From NCBI RefSeq assembly GCF_036321535.1, contig NC_087437.1, positions 64,048,001 through 64,112,000 on the forward strand: a stretch of DNA of 64,000 nt, given 5' to 3'. Numbering within the stretch: the first letter of the stretch is position 1; every line of letters starts with the position of its first letter. Source of the stretch: Camelus dromedarius. Taxonomy: Eukaryota. The translations under genes were made by a program, and so were the position numbers. Shown one piece after another: positions 23,293-35,400 of this stretch. Below the pieces are notes generated by a model that saw only the letters and a list, made by a program, of their open reading frames with translations, did not search any database and had not been told where the DNA came from.

Positions 23293-25854
23293 GGCACAAG
23301 CACACACACACACAAGCACACACACACTCCTCAGTTGCAGTAGCCACATTTCAAACATTCAATGGCCATATGTGGCTAATGGCTACTGTATCAATCATCA
23401 CAGACCTAAAATAAAAAATTTGAGGGGAGGCATGTATCTGGTGGGATCAAAACAGGAATCTGGTTTCACATATAGCTCAAGAATATCAGTTTCATTATTC
23501 CAGCCTTAACATAATAAAATAGTGGCAAGCAGTAAGAGCATACCTGCAGGGAGCTCAGTTCTGACCAGCAGTGCCCAGTCACCCTCCAACTGGGAGCCTC
23601 TTGGGAGCAGGACTGGCCTCTGCTTCGTTCTGCGTGATTTGGGCAGTCACACAACCCCACTGAGCCACAGGTTTCACCTCTGATACACACGTTGGCTTGG
23701 TGCTTTCCAGATGAGATTCCACATCTTCTTACATTGGTGGAGCAAACCGGTTCCTGAGCTGAGAGCATCACTTTCCTGAGCCTGGCACAGTTTCTGGAAG
23801 CCAAACACCTCTAGACAGGGAGGGGGCCATGTGGGGAAGATGAGAAGGGCTGGGGGCCAGCTCTGAGAGCTCGTTAGTGGTGATGGGGAGTCACCGGTGG
23901 GCGAGAGGTGGGGGGTGATGGAGCATAAGGCAAACCAACGGAGAATGGAAACAGAAGAAATGACCCTAAGGAGAGAAATTGAGGGGAAGGCTATGCCAAT
24001 GCCACCAGAATGAAGACTGGGAATCAGTCCTTTCCCAACTCATACACTTACTTCTTGCAGAGAAATCAGCAAATGTGAGATCTAGGGGAACAGAGGGGGT
24101 GATGGCAGGTCCTGGAGTGAGGATTAGGGAGGGGTCTGCACTGAAGATCAATGAACCCCAAATGAACAAAGCATGGGCAATGGGAATGGAACTAACCAGG
24201 AGCCATGTTCTAACCACAATCTGCAGAGAGCCCCAGAACTGAGACAAGGTGGGGAGGCGGGGGTCTGGGGGGCGTGGAGGAAGGGGGCTCCATCCATAGA
24301 GGCAGTTGCCCAGAGCTGGGAGGAACTTGCTCGGGCCATGCCCAAAGTCACAGCAAACACCAGACATTCTGACAAAGGCCCCATGATGAACAAATCCTGC
24401 AAAGAGGAGTGACAAGGATGCCATTACCTGATGCTCTTAAGTCCTCACACAGAAGGCAACTCAGGCTGTGGAATGGATGGGAAGAGCCCTGTGTCTCAAA
24501 GGTGGGCATCAATGGTTCTCAGCCAGGAAGAGGCTCCTGTCAGGTATTATTTTAAAGACACAATTAAAAACAACATCATTTTTGGAGACACAAACAAGTA
24601 TGTTTCTCCCACAGAGACACCTAACCATCATTAAGGAAACTCGTGTCCATGTGCACACATGCTCTCAAGAGCCCCTTGCAGGAGAGACAGGATACTTGGT
24701 GTCAGGACTTAACAGCCCCTTGCCTGACAGTGTACGGCACCAGAGGGGGTGGATTGGGAAGTTGGGACACTGAGCCAGAATGAGGGCTTTCAAAACCTTC
24801 GATCTCAGTTGAGAGAGCCGTGTGCAGCGGCACCTTGTCAAGGCCGCCATGGGGAACTCTTTGACTCTCTCTGACTTTCTTCTGGGGGACCCATCAGCAG
24901 GAAGGCAGAGGCTGCAAAGGAGGGGCCTGCCCAGGAGACCGGGCTGTTCCCACCAAAGTGTGCTGCCTAGTGCTGCGGCTCAGAATACCCAACCTCGGAA
25001 CCGCCTGAGGAGCCCAAGGCTGGGACTGCCGCTGACAAGACAGGAGAGAACAAGCGAGGCTGCTCTACAGCCTGCGAAGGACTGTGGCTCTGGCAGCAGC
25101 GCCGGGCGCACGGCTGCTGCCAGTCACACAGGGAGGCGGAAAGCAGGACTAGCCGGAAAGATAGTCAGGAGAGAAAGGTAACAGAGGCAGAAGGCAGAGG
25201 CGTGGGTGGCGCCCATCCGTGAGAACGTGTTGGGAAGGTCTGGAGGTTACTGTGGTGGCGTCGGGGGGCTGGTTAACAGACACAAAATCTGCACCCTGAG
25301 AAGATGCCACCGTGTCCCCACACCCCCCTTTCAGCCAGTGCGTGGAGCAGGCAGCCCTACCCCATCCTAGATGCCCCTTCCAGCCTGGGCCTCACCACTG
25401 TTCTTGACCCTGGAGACGTACTTTTCTTTAAAGGGAGAGCTGGGAGGGACTGGAGAGGGTAACAGTGGAGAAGACAGAAATAGTGGAAGAAAGAGAAATA
25501 TGTAAATGCGTTCCAGGAAAACACACCAAAACCACAATGATCCAGAAAAAGCTAATGCTTGGTTCCCATTAGCTCCAGAATCCCATTTTCCCTGATCATC
25601 TGAATGTATTTGCTCTCAAAACCAGTTGTTTCCCAACAGGCTATTTTGTGGTCTGATTCCCTGTTCTGCTCTCCAGTGACTGACCGGGGCCAGCACCCTT
25701 TGCTTCCCCCCTCACCGACCTGCCCCGACGAGTCTCTTCTGCGCAGACGTGGCAGTGGTGTCTGGGTCTCCACCTCCCGACGTGGGAGGGGAACCCAGGT
25801 ATCCATCTGTTGGAACAGGCTCCGTGCAAGTGACCCACACCACCAAACAATTGG

Positions 25855-25866
25855 TTTAATTTTATT
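25855..25866 (-). terminator. PDIA5 polyadenylation signals (AATAAA immediately followed by ATTAAA)
   Basis: Minus strand reads AATAAA ATTAAA about 130 nt after the stop, then a GT-rich tract (ttgtttggtggtgtggg). Confidence 0.85.
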
Positions 25867-25993
25867 TCAAAATTGTACAAAATGGCCATAAGTGGCTATA
25901 AAAAACTGTCTTTAGAACACGTGGAAATTCAGAAAGAACGACAAAACAGGTATCATTCACAGTGTAATGGAAAAGCTTTCTCTGAGGCAGAAA

Positions 25994-26074
25994 TTACAAC
26001 TCTTCCTTCTTCTTTCCTAGTCTCTCGTGGTCTCCCTCCCGGAGCGTTCGGATAAAACTGGTAAATCCCAATTC
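25994..26074 (-). CDS. PDIA5: PDIA5 terminal coding exon, ELGFTSFIRTLREGDHERLGKKKEEL-stop, KEEL ER-retrieval signal
   Basis: Acceptor cttcctgacag; TAA at 25994-25996; KDEL-like C-terminus. Confidence 0.97.
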   Translation of the reverse strand, partial: ELGFTSFIRTLREGDHERLGKKKEEL

Positions 26075-26160
26075 CTGTCAGGAAGGGGAAGAGGAAGGGG
26101 AAAATAGGAACTTTAACCTGATGTGGATGTGCCCCCTCCCCCTCACTCCCCCTCCCTGAC
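26075..26160 (-). ncRNA. Candidate 5'-tailed mirtron hairpin at the end of the last PDIA5 intron (possible MIR7110 counterpart)
   Basis: GUCAGGGAGGGGGAG pairs with CUUCCCCUUCCUGAC (15 bp, 2 G-U), leaving the acceptor AG as a 2-nt 3' overhang. Confidence 0.45.
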
Positions 26161-26462
26161 CCTCCGCTCAGTCCGCTGGACACAGAGAGGCGGCTGGTGG
26201 GGGCAGCTGGCCATAGTGGAGGGTCTGCTTGACTATGGAGAGGCCCTGAGAAGTGGGTGAGGAAAACCTCGGCACCCCGGAATCCACCCTGGCTCAGGGG
26301 CCAGTACTTGTGTGAAGACCCCTTGGGACTGTCTTCCGGACCCTGGCCTTCTGGGCTCGGAACGTTCCAGCTGCCCCCTGTGCTGTCTGGGAAGCCTCCT
26401 CGGTGGCTATTTCCCTGACATCAGCAGACAGAGCTTGGGGCACATGCGTCTCCATAACTTAC

Positions 26463-26597
26463 CGTCCGATCGCTGTCATACTTTTCTGCAAACTTCCCGT
26501 AATGGTAGTAGTGGAAAGTGGGGTAGGCCTTGACGGCCTCCTGCTGACACAGGTCCCGGTTCTTCTCCTGGACACAGTCAACAGCGGCACAGACAAT
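26463..26597 (-). CDS. PDIA5: PDIA5 coding exon (probably exon 16), 135 bp, IVCAAVDCVQEKNRDLCQQEAVKAYPTFHYYHYGKFAEKYDSDRT
   Basis: Acceptor ggccctgcag, donor ACG|gtaagt. Confidence 0.97.
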
Positions 26598-26984
26598 CTG
26601 CAGGGCCGAAGACAGGGAGGGTGAGCCTCCAGTCTGACAGCTGAGGCCTGGACCCTCTGTCCCCAGGCTGCACTTAGCCTACACTTCAGGCCCACGTCAT
26701 GTGCTTCCTGATTTCCTCCCCCATTGCAAGGATACGCTGAACCAAAGCATCCCCAGCCCAGAGCTCCACCATGCATGGTTTCAACTCTCCAGTAAGGTAA
26801 GGTTAGGGGACCCAGCCTGGAGTGCCCTCAGACTACCCTTTAAAATCAAGACCATAATGACCGTAAAGGAAATTAGGACATGAGAGCAGTTGTAAACACC
26901 ACAGGTTTTGTGACGCTTTCTGTAAGGTACTGTGGGACTCATTCATGTATCAACTAATATTTCCCAAACATCAGTTTGGGGACG

Positions 26985-27230
26985 CAGTATAGTACCAAGG
27001 TTAAGAATACAAGCTTTGAAGTCAAGTTTCCCATGTCAAGCCTTGGCTGCATATTAAGACTTAAGGAAAATTACCTAGCCTCTTGGTACCTCAATGTCCT
27101 CACCTGAAAATGGGGATAACAACAATACCGAGGTTACCAGGACATTACAAAGGCTGAGTGGGAGAATCCAGATGATGTGAAAGGGGCTCAGGACCCGGCA
27201 CACGGTCAGTAAATGTCACCTGCTGTTACA
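26985..27230 (+). mobile_element. MIR SINE
   Basis: cctcaatgtcctcacctgaaaatggggataac...cggcacacggtcagtaaatg core. Confidence 0.7.
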
Positions 27231-28497
27231 GTCACTCCTACCGGCCCGGGGCACAAGCTCTGTCCCCGACAGGAGCCGAGCATCTGGTCAGGGTGTCAGA
27301 TAAAGAGGCAGTTCCAAGGCACAACAGGAGGTGTGTGGAGGTGGGCCAGGGGGCCAAGAAGGTCCGGGGAGCGGCGCAGAGGCACTCGGCAAGGTTTGCC
27401 ACCTGGGCCGAGGCCTGACGGAGGAGAAGCAGGTTTCAGCCAGGGGAGCACACTCTAGAAATGGGGATGGGGTTCCGTATGACTAGAGCAGAGTTTTTGG
27501 TCTGAAAGAGGTTCCCAAATTAGCTGTTGGCCTCTTCCTGCCCATCTAACAAATTCCACATGCTGGGTAGTTTTTCCCTGTTTATTGCTCTTTCCCAATA
27601 AGGGGGTAAAAAGCAGACACGAGGAACTGTTCTCCTGCTGAGCATCACTAAGCAGGGAAGGAGGGGAGAGAGTCAATTAACAGCAACAGCGATCCGCCAG
27701 CATCACAGAAAAGGGCTGGCGGCGGCTGCTGAGAGGCGGCATGCATGGAGGTCTTGCTACGGGCCAAGCCCGTGCCAGACACTAGGATGACAGTGGTGAC
27801 CTTGGCAAAGGCAGTCACTAAGCAATGGACATCTGTACTGTGGGAAGGCAGTTAATAGACACACAACAAGCAAGATCATTTCAGAATCCAAGGGATGCTG
27901 TGAAGAAATTAAAAGAAGGGGCTTGGATGAGACCATAGCCACAAGGGCTGCTTTCGCCAGGATGGACGAGGGCACCTTCCAGGAGATAACGTCTGATCTG
28001 AGACCTGAGTGATGAGGAGGCAGCCAGATGAATGAAGGGCTGAGGAAAGAGCACCCAGATAGAAGGACCTGCCCTCCCGGGACCTGAGAGAGGGATGGGT
28101 GTGGTGCCTCCGAGGGCCGGAGCCCACTCAGGAGCCCAGACTGAACCACTACCACGCTGGAGGTTTACAACTGCTAAACAGCCGTGACTCACAGCGTTCT
28201 GTGGCTGCTGGTTATTCACATGTGGACAGAGGCCCCCTTTCCAGGGGTCACGTTGACTGTTACCTCCCTGTGCCCAGGTGAGCGGGGCTACTGTTCTGCC
28301 AGCAGCAGGGCTGACAGAGAGGAGGGTGAGGTGTGGCCTGCACTCTGGTTACCAGTCTCTGGTCCTCCCTCACCCGACTGCACGATTCCTCTCTCCTTCT
28401 TCAGCTACATAACATTCTAGATGATGAGAGTTTGCAAACCCACTGCACGCAATCCGTATCTGGCTCTCAGTCCTGTTCTATTTGGCCCACAGAGAAT

Positions 28498-28517
28498 TAA
28501 CAACAACAACAACAACA
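28498..28517. repeat. (AAC)n microsatellite
   Basis: Seen directly. Confidence 0.9.
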
Positions 28518-29299
28518 AAAAATGTGAATTAGCTGCCAACTTAGAAAGAGAGCCAGAAGATTTTATATAAAGCTTGGCTCTCCAGCTTCTCTTTAAAAGC
28601 CACATTTGAGGGCACCTGTCTTGGACCCCAACAGGCAACACGGGGCTGGAGCAGAGGGGCGGCTGTCTCCTGAGGGAAGGTTCAACTTGCTGTCTGCCTG
28701 TGTCCACGTGCACCGGCAGGCCAGGCCCTGCAGGCTTCTGAGAACCCCAGCTCGCCCTCTAAAGCCCTTCCTGAATTATTTACAAACGTGAGGAACTGGC
28801 TCCTCTGGCCGTTTCTCCAGGCAGCCACAGAGGGGCAGCCTGTGCTTCCAGCCCTCGGCTGGGGGCCATCGCTCCCCTGCTAGGCAGTGAGTGTTTGATG
28901 AGCATTGCTCCAGGCCGCTGCTCTCCCCGCATCCGCTTTAAATTATGAATTTAATTTGTATACATGCCCCGGAGCTGTGGGAAATGTGTGTATGGTTTTA
29001 TAAATCGACTAAATTAAAAATGTGTACTTATTCTGAATCCCCTAAAATAGCTGCCAGTCACACACACCCAAAGTGCTACTTCTGGCTGCAAAGGCTCCTC
29101 CATGCAGTTTCTATAGGAGGGGAGACAAGCAGGGGCCTCTCCACGGGAAGCGGCTTAGACTCTGGAAAGGGGCAGCGAATAAACCACTTCTCATCTATCC
29201 TGATTTCACCTGTCTAAATGCCTGCCCCGCTTATACGCACTCAAGATTTGCACTGACTCACCTATAGTGAATGTACACTAACTTCCAGATTTGTTCCAT

Positions 29300-29625
29300 G
29301 GTGGGAGGCTGCCCTGTAGCATCTCCTTGGCCCAGCAACTGCCTCTGGTACCTGCACCTCTTGGTCAAAGGGAGCTGGAAGTAAGACCAGTGATGGACAC
29401 GTCTCTGGCTTCCTCAGCCTCTGAGGGGCACAACTTCGTCCCTGGTGAGGTCTCCAGGACAGGCCAGTCACCCATGTGGTCATTTGCTCATTAATGTACC
29501 CTTTCGTGTCCAGTATCCCTTCTTCCATCCCCTCAACTACCACCTGAGACCACCTCCCCAAAAATCCTTTGCACTGAATCCCAGGCCCGGAGTCCACTTC
29601 TGGGAGATCTGCATTCGGCTCTGAC
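29300..29625 (+). mobile_element. LTR16-like (ERVL) LTR remnant
   Basis: accacctccccaaaaatcctttgcactgaatccc...ttctggga resembles the LTR16 3' end. Confidence 0.4.
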
Positions 29626-32365
29626 ACTGCCCCTTTCCAGCTGAGTAACTTTGGGCTAATCATTGAACCTCTCTGAGATTCAATCTCCTCACCTGTAACA
29701 CAAGAGAGTAATGACACCTAGTTGATTAAGGTACTGTGAGGACAACATGACATCATGTGTTAAAATTATTAGCAGAAGAGGAGCTCTCAGGAAATATCAA
29801 ACATGCTATTGCTCCTTCATTCAGTCAACATTTTCAGAGGTTTCAGGCAACAAGACTGTGGGGGATTCAAGGACAAATGAGGTGCCTGCCCTCAGGGAGC
29901 TCTCCCTTCTGAGGGACAGCCAGTCTTGTGAACTCGAGGGATGATACACAACACGTCCAGAGTTACAGTGGCCTTGTGGGCCAGCCACAGAGGGGCTCCT
30001 GCTGCCCCAGGGTCTGCTCCTGGGATGACCTTGCACCCAGCTGGGAGCTATGCTGCACAGCTGTCCCCTCATCCCTGGGGACACACTTTGCCAGGCCAGG
30101 GGTCCCCTGACCCCTGCACCCGCCAGCCTTCCACTGGTGATCCTTGTCCTCCAAGGCCCCTTCCAGAATGCCTTCCATTCCAACAGCAAGAGCATGCAGC
30201 AAGTCAACAGCTAAAGTCCCCAGTAACCTCCTGGGAGGGGGTGGAGGCTCCCCAGTTAAAAATATGAGCTGCCTCATGCGGCTTTATTGATTCAGTAAAA
30301 TAAATCTCTGTAGGAGCTAATATTGACTTTCGCTATGAAAATGGAAGCGAACAACCGACTGCATATTGATTGGGGAAGGAACAGGGACCAGCTTCTGGGT
30401 GGGAAAAAAAAGTGCCATCCTGGCTAAGAGGTGGCAGCATGTGGTGTCAGGGAGAACTGGGAGTCAGGAGACCCAGTTGTCAGTGACCCACTGGGTGTCC
30501 CTGGGTAAGGGACACAGCTCCTCTCTGGACCTTGACCCCTCATGAGGAGAGGGCTGGACAGGTCAGCAATCCCCAAACACCAGCCTGTGGACAGCAAGAG
30601 AGTCAGCTCTTGAAAATCACAAATTCCTGGAACCATCTCCCAGAGACTCCAGTGTGATAGCTCTAGGACAGCACCCAGCAACTGTGGCACCAGTACCTCA
30701 GGCTGGGGACAGAATGCTTCCCTACCGCTACTGAGAGCCACCTGCAGGAACCCCAGGCCTTCCAGCTGCCTGGGACAGAGAAGTTAAGTGTGTTCCTGAA
30801 GATACCTGAGGGTGATGCCTGGCTTGGAATAGTAACAGTGACGCAGAGAAGGAGGGGGTCACCATGGAAATGGGACCCGTGGGCATCAGTAGAGGGGACG
30901 AGATGGGGAAGAGGAGGAAGGGACCTTGGCTGCCTCCTGGGGCTTGGCCACACTGGCCTCACTGGAACCGACATGATCCTTTCACAGACCATGGAGTGTG
31001 GAGACCTTGTCAGCCGGAGGGGCAGGGAGCCCCCACACCTGTCACTCTCTTGTCAGTCCAGAGTGTTCTGGGTAAAGAATGATGGGAGTTGATGTGGAAA
31101 GACTGCCAGTCTAGTCCTGGACCTGGAAAGTGAAGGCCTCCCCACACCGACCCACACCCAGATGGTGAGGGAGCCCTGGAGGGACTGGTAGCCCAGGCTG
31201 TGCAGGAGCTCCCAAAGTGGGAGCAGCCACCCTGCTCAGGCCCCAGGTGGCAGAAGGGGGAGGGGTGGTGAGGGGGACAGAGTCACACCCCTCTCCATGT
31301 AGGCGAAGCGCAGGGAAAGGAGAAAAATGTTTCTGAATCTCATGTCCCCTCCTGGTGGTGAAGGGTGCCTCAAGGGCCAGGCAGGGCTTGGGGGTCTGAG
31401 TCTCCACACATGCACCTGTGCCCCAGGCTGGCTTCCTCTGACTCACTGCCCCCGTGCAGCTCTCACCGTCCCATCACTGTCACTCCCACCAGGCCGATGC
31501 AAGGTGATCTTGGCATCTGTACCCTGCCTGCCCTGGCTGCGCCTGACGGTTTCACTTAGGAAAATAAGGCAGCAAGGCAGAGATGTATGAGACTCTGGGT
31601 GTGTGTGAGGGCGTTTCTGGCACCTTTCCCAGGGCAGGTTCCTATGATGGAGTCCCAGGCTGGGAGGAGTCTTTGACACTACCCAGACCAGCACCCCAAC
31701 TTCAGAGAAGGGAACTCGAAGCCTGGAAAGTTGACGTGACTTCTCCTAGGTCACACAGTTTAGCAGCAGCCAAGATGCACCAGCCCAAGTTCCGGGGTTC
31801 TCCCTGCTAAACGCGCCTTTAACCTGAGTCTGCCCTGGCTGCTGGCAACGCCTGGGGGACGTGCCTGGGGGCCCCTCTCCGCACTTCTAATCCAATCTCC
31901 AGCTCTAGCTTGTTAATTTTATGCTTCATCAGTTGGCAGCTGTAGGAGCCTTTCACTTAGGCGGGATGAGGCCCTGCACACGTGGCCTTGCTCTTCTCCA
32001 CTTTGGCTGCCTCTAGGTGACTTTTGTTAGAATTCTTCATTTGTACTTTTAATTATATAAGAAATGCTTGACTACAAATCCTACTGTAAAAAGATTTGAG
32101 CACTAAAAAAGAATAAACAGATGATCCTTTCAACACCCTCTCCTCCAAAGAAGGGTTGTAGCGGTTCAGTGTATCCCTTTTAGTTGATTCTGCAGCATAA
32201 ATGCAGCCTGTTCTATCCCGCCTCATGAAAAGAATGTCCTGGTTGCCAGGAATCCCGGGTCTCAGCAGCATCTATTTGGGGGGGAGGGCACCTGAATAGA
32301 AGGTGCAGGCACTGGTGTGCGGCAAAGCTGGGGGCAGAACAAGAGGTGAAAAAGGGCATTCTTAC

Positions 32366-32436
32366 CTTTCGGTCATCTTTGAAGACATCAGCAGCGGCAG
32401 TAAAGTGTGGAATAACCTTCTTACAGTGTGGGCACC
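32366..32436 (-). CDS. PDIA5: PDIA5 coding exon (probably exon 15), 71 bp, (W)CPHCKKVIPHFTAAADVFKDDRK, CPHC active site
   Basis: Acceptor ccctctcacgcag, donor AAG|gtaaga; CxxC motif. Confidence 0.97.
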
Positions 32437-35400
32437 CTGCGTGAGAGGGGAGGAGAGAGTGTTGCACGTGCAGGGGAGGCTGCAGCGCCAGGGGCCCTGC
32501 CGGGACGCTCCAGAGAGGCCTTTCCAGGAGTTTCTCTCCACCCAACAGACTGAGAGGATTCACCTGACTCCTACCCTATGCACACCCCACTGTCAGGGGT
32601 CTTGTACCAACCCCACCACTCAAACCACCATGCATGAGTCTGCTGTCAGCACGAGGGCTCTGCAGGAGGCCTGTGCCAGCATCAGGTCCACTCCCGCTCT
32701 GGACCTCTCACCCAAGACTCCCGTCATACACCCACCCACGAGGCTGGGGGTAGGGGAGATGGACACTGTGGTCTTGCTCGGCAAGCTCCTTCCACAGAGG
32801 GCTACCCAGGGTGCAGAGGGAGCTCTGGGCTTAGAAGAGGAGGACATGTGCTCTGGATTCCCTGAGCCTGCTACAAAGCCCCTTCTCTTGCATCAGTGAC
32901 AATGGCAAATCTCCCTGTTTCATGATGGAGAAAGTGGGCCTGGGAAAGCAGGGGCCAGGAGCCACCATTCTGCCTGAGCCCCCGAGGCTCATGCTTTGCG
33001 GCTGACTCCTACATTCCCACAACCCCCCACGCAGACTGAGCAACCAGGCCCCTGGGCCTCGTGCTGTCCTTCACCCTCTGCTCCACAATCTACCCCGGAT
33101 TCAGGAACGGGAGGCTCAAGGTCAGGCTAGGAGGAGGACAAGCTCTCAGGAGTCCCCGCCACTTCTTAGGGCCTGCGTTTCCGATCCAGGGATGAGGACC
33201 TGTAACTCCAGAGGCCAGGGTGGGACAGAGGTGTGTGTGCCGCCTAAGCCCCTCCAGCTCCGATGACAGCATCTAAGGCATGGGGCTGGCACCTGTGTGG
33301 GGCCTTCTCCTCCTGTCCCAGCAAGCCCAAGGCAGCATCCACTGAGGAGGAAGCCCAGGAGGCTACAGGCCGCTCTGGCCCAGACCCGCTTTCCTGGCCC
33401 TTCCCTCAGTGTTGGCCAATCAAAACCCAAGCCCACCTCTCTCAGCTACTCTCCAGACACTGAACACAACTGCCAAGAGAACAGAACTGCTTTGAGGGAA
33501 GGATTTCCCTAATTAATTCTGATCAAAACACAGATGGGAGAGGCCAGATGTCCCACGGGGAGACCTGGCTCCAGCCAATTTCCCGACGAACAGCTGGGCC
33601 AGGCCTCTGTGCCCTCACTGCGGCTGTGGGGAAGGGAACAGAGATGGCTTGGCTCATCTCCTCTCTCTCCTTTTAAAATAAGATAATAATGACTGGCATT
33701 TCAAAGGGTTTTGTGAAACCAAATTGAGGCTAAGCTACAACTTTAATCTGAATTGAGCACTTGAGCTGGTTCCTGAGATGGGTGGGACCACCCATATGGC
33801 CTGGCTGGCGGAGGGGCCAGCTGGGCCCAGAGCAGCGTGGACTGCGACGGGGAAAAGGCTTAAGGGGATTTTCCCAACATCCATCATAGGAGTAGAGAAG
33901 AGAGCTGGGCTGGTTACGGGTTACACCAGACTGAGACAGCACCTATCACAGCCTAAGTCATGGCAGATGCTAATGTAAATTACAAAACCCTTTACTAATT
34001 TGACTCAACAGAGGGAAGAATGGCTGAAATTCATGAAAACTTCATATTACAAAGGAATGATGATATATAGCTTTCAAAACATTTAAAGGGCACAAAGTGC
34101 TGGCTGATACACTCATCAAGGCGTGCCCTGCGGCATCCAGAGGTTTCCCACTCCCTACTTCCTCCTGTGAGTGGTACATGGATACCCACTAAGACATCAA
34201 GCTGCCCAGAAATAAGCTACTCCCTTCTCCCAAATCCGGTATCACTACTAATTTCTCCCTTCTAACCCCTCTGCTTACTAAATGTATAAAGGTCACTGTC
34301 AGCCTAGTGCAAATTCCTGCTACCATCAATTTAAAGCATCTAGGTCTCAGATTAATGGCCTTCTGGTACATCTCATTTTCTCGTTATCCAAAAGAAAGAG
34401 GATAGCAGATGAGTAACTAGAGGGGAGGCTGTTTTAGAAAGGGCATGAAGATGCTTCCCAGAGGTGTCAGATGGGCCCAAAGAGGCATGATCTTTTAATT
34501 TGGGCTCTTTTAAAAAGGTACCATCTCTGTGTAGTGGGAAACCAAAGGAGCCTCCCAGAGTGGGGAGAGGAACAAAGACTGAGGACAGAAAATTTCAATT
34601 CTAGAGACTTAGCCAAGCTGACCTAAGAAGAGCAGTCACTGTGACCAGGCCATTCAGAGCAAGGAGTGGGGGGTGGGGGCCAGGGTGGGGACGAGGGGGT
34701 CTGGAACAGGAGAGAATAATGACACAGCAGGAGGAAGAGTTGTGTAGAAACTGGGAGGTGGGATGTGAGGGGGAAGATGGGACGGGTGGGGGGGTAGAAA
34801 TGGGGGTTGGCTTTTGATTTTTACTTTATATCTACCTTTATCAGGTGTGTGACCTTTCTGCAGTATTTAGATTCTTTATATATAAATAAGTACATGTTAT
34901 GTACTGTATATACTATAAATAAGGATATATTATTTTTATCATTGAAAAAATTTTTAAGTTTTTTTGGTATCTAGCTGCTTCCCCCTCCCCTGGCCCTGTC
35001 CACGGATGAAGACACCATACTAGGAGCCTGGAGCAGAGTTCCGGATGGGAACGTCCAGCAGGGCAGATGGGAGACCCTAGGCACCCAGCCCTCTGACAGA
35101 AGTTGAGTCACTCAGTGATGGTGCCCTGCATGGACTGTGTTTAATTATTTCTTGTCAGAGCAGACAGTGAGCCCTTGAGGCTGGCAGGGGCCAGGCCTCC
35201 TTCCCTTGTGTCCTGGGTCCTGGACACCACCCAGCACACAGATATGAGGGAGGTCGTGAGCACCTCAGCAGGGGAGGAATCCCCACTGAGGTCTGGGGTG
35301 AAGGGGAAAGCATCTGGTCTGGACTGCCTCAAGTCCAGGCCATGGCCAGTCAAGGGCTCCTACTTCTCTTGCCAGGTTCTGGCCGGCTGCTGAGGAAGCC

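Noticed and set aside
1..25000. SEC22A exons or promoter (expected downstream neighbour from recalled synteny)
   Set aside because: No CpG island or recognisable SEC22A peptide seen; it probably lies beyond the left edge
34660..34810. G-run clusters with G-quadruplex potential
   Set aside because: Common in GC-rich introns, with no link to a nearby feature
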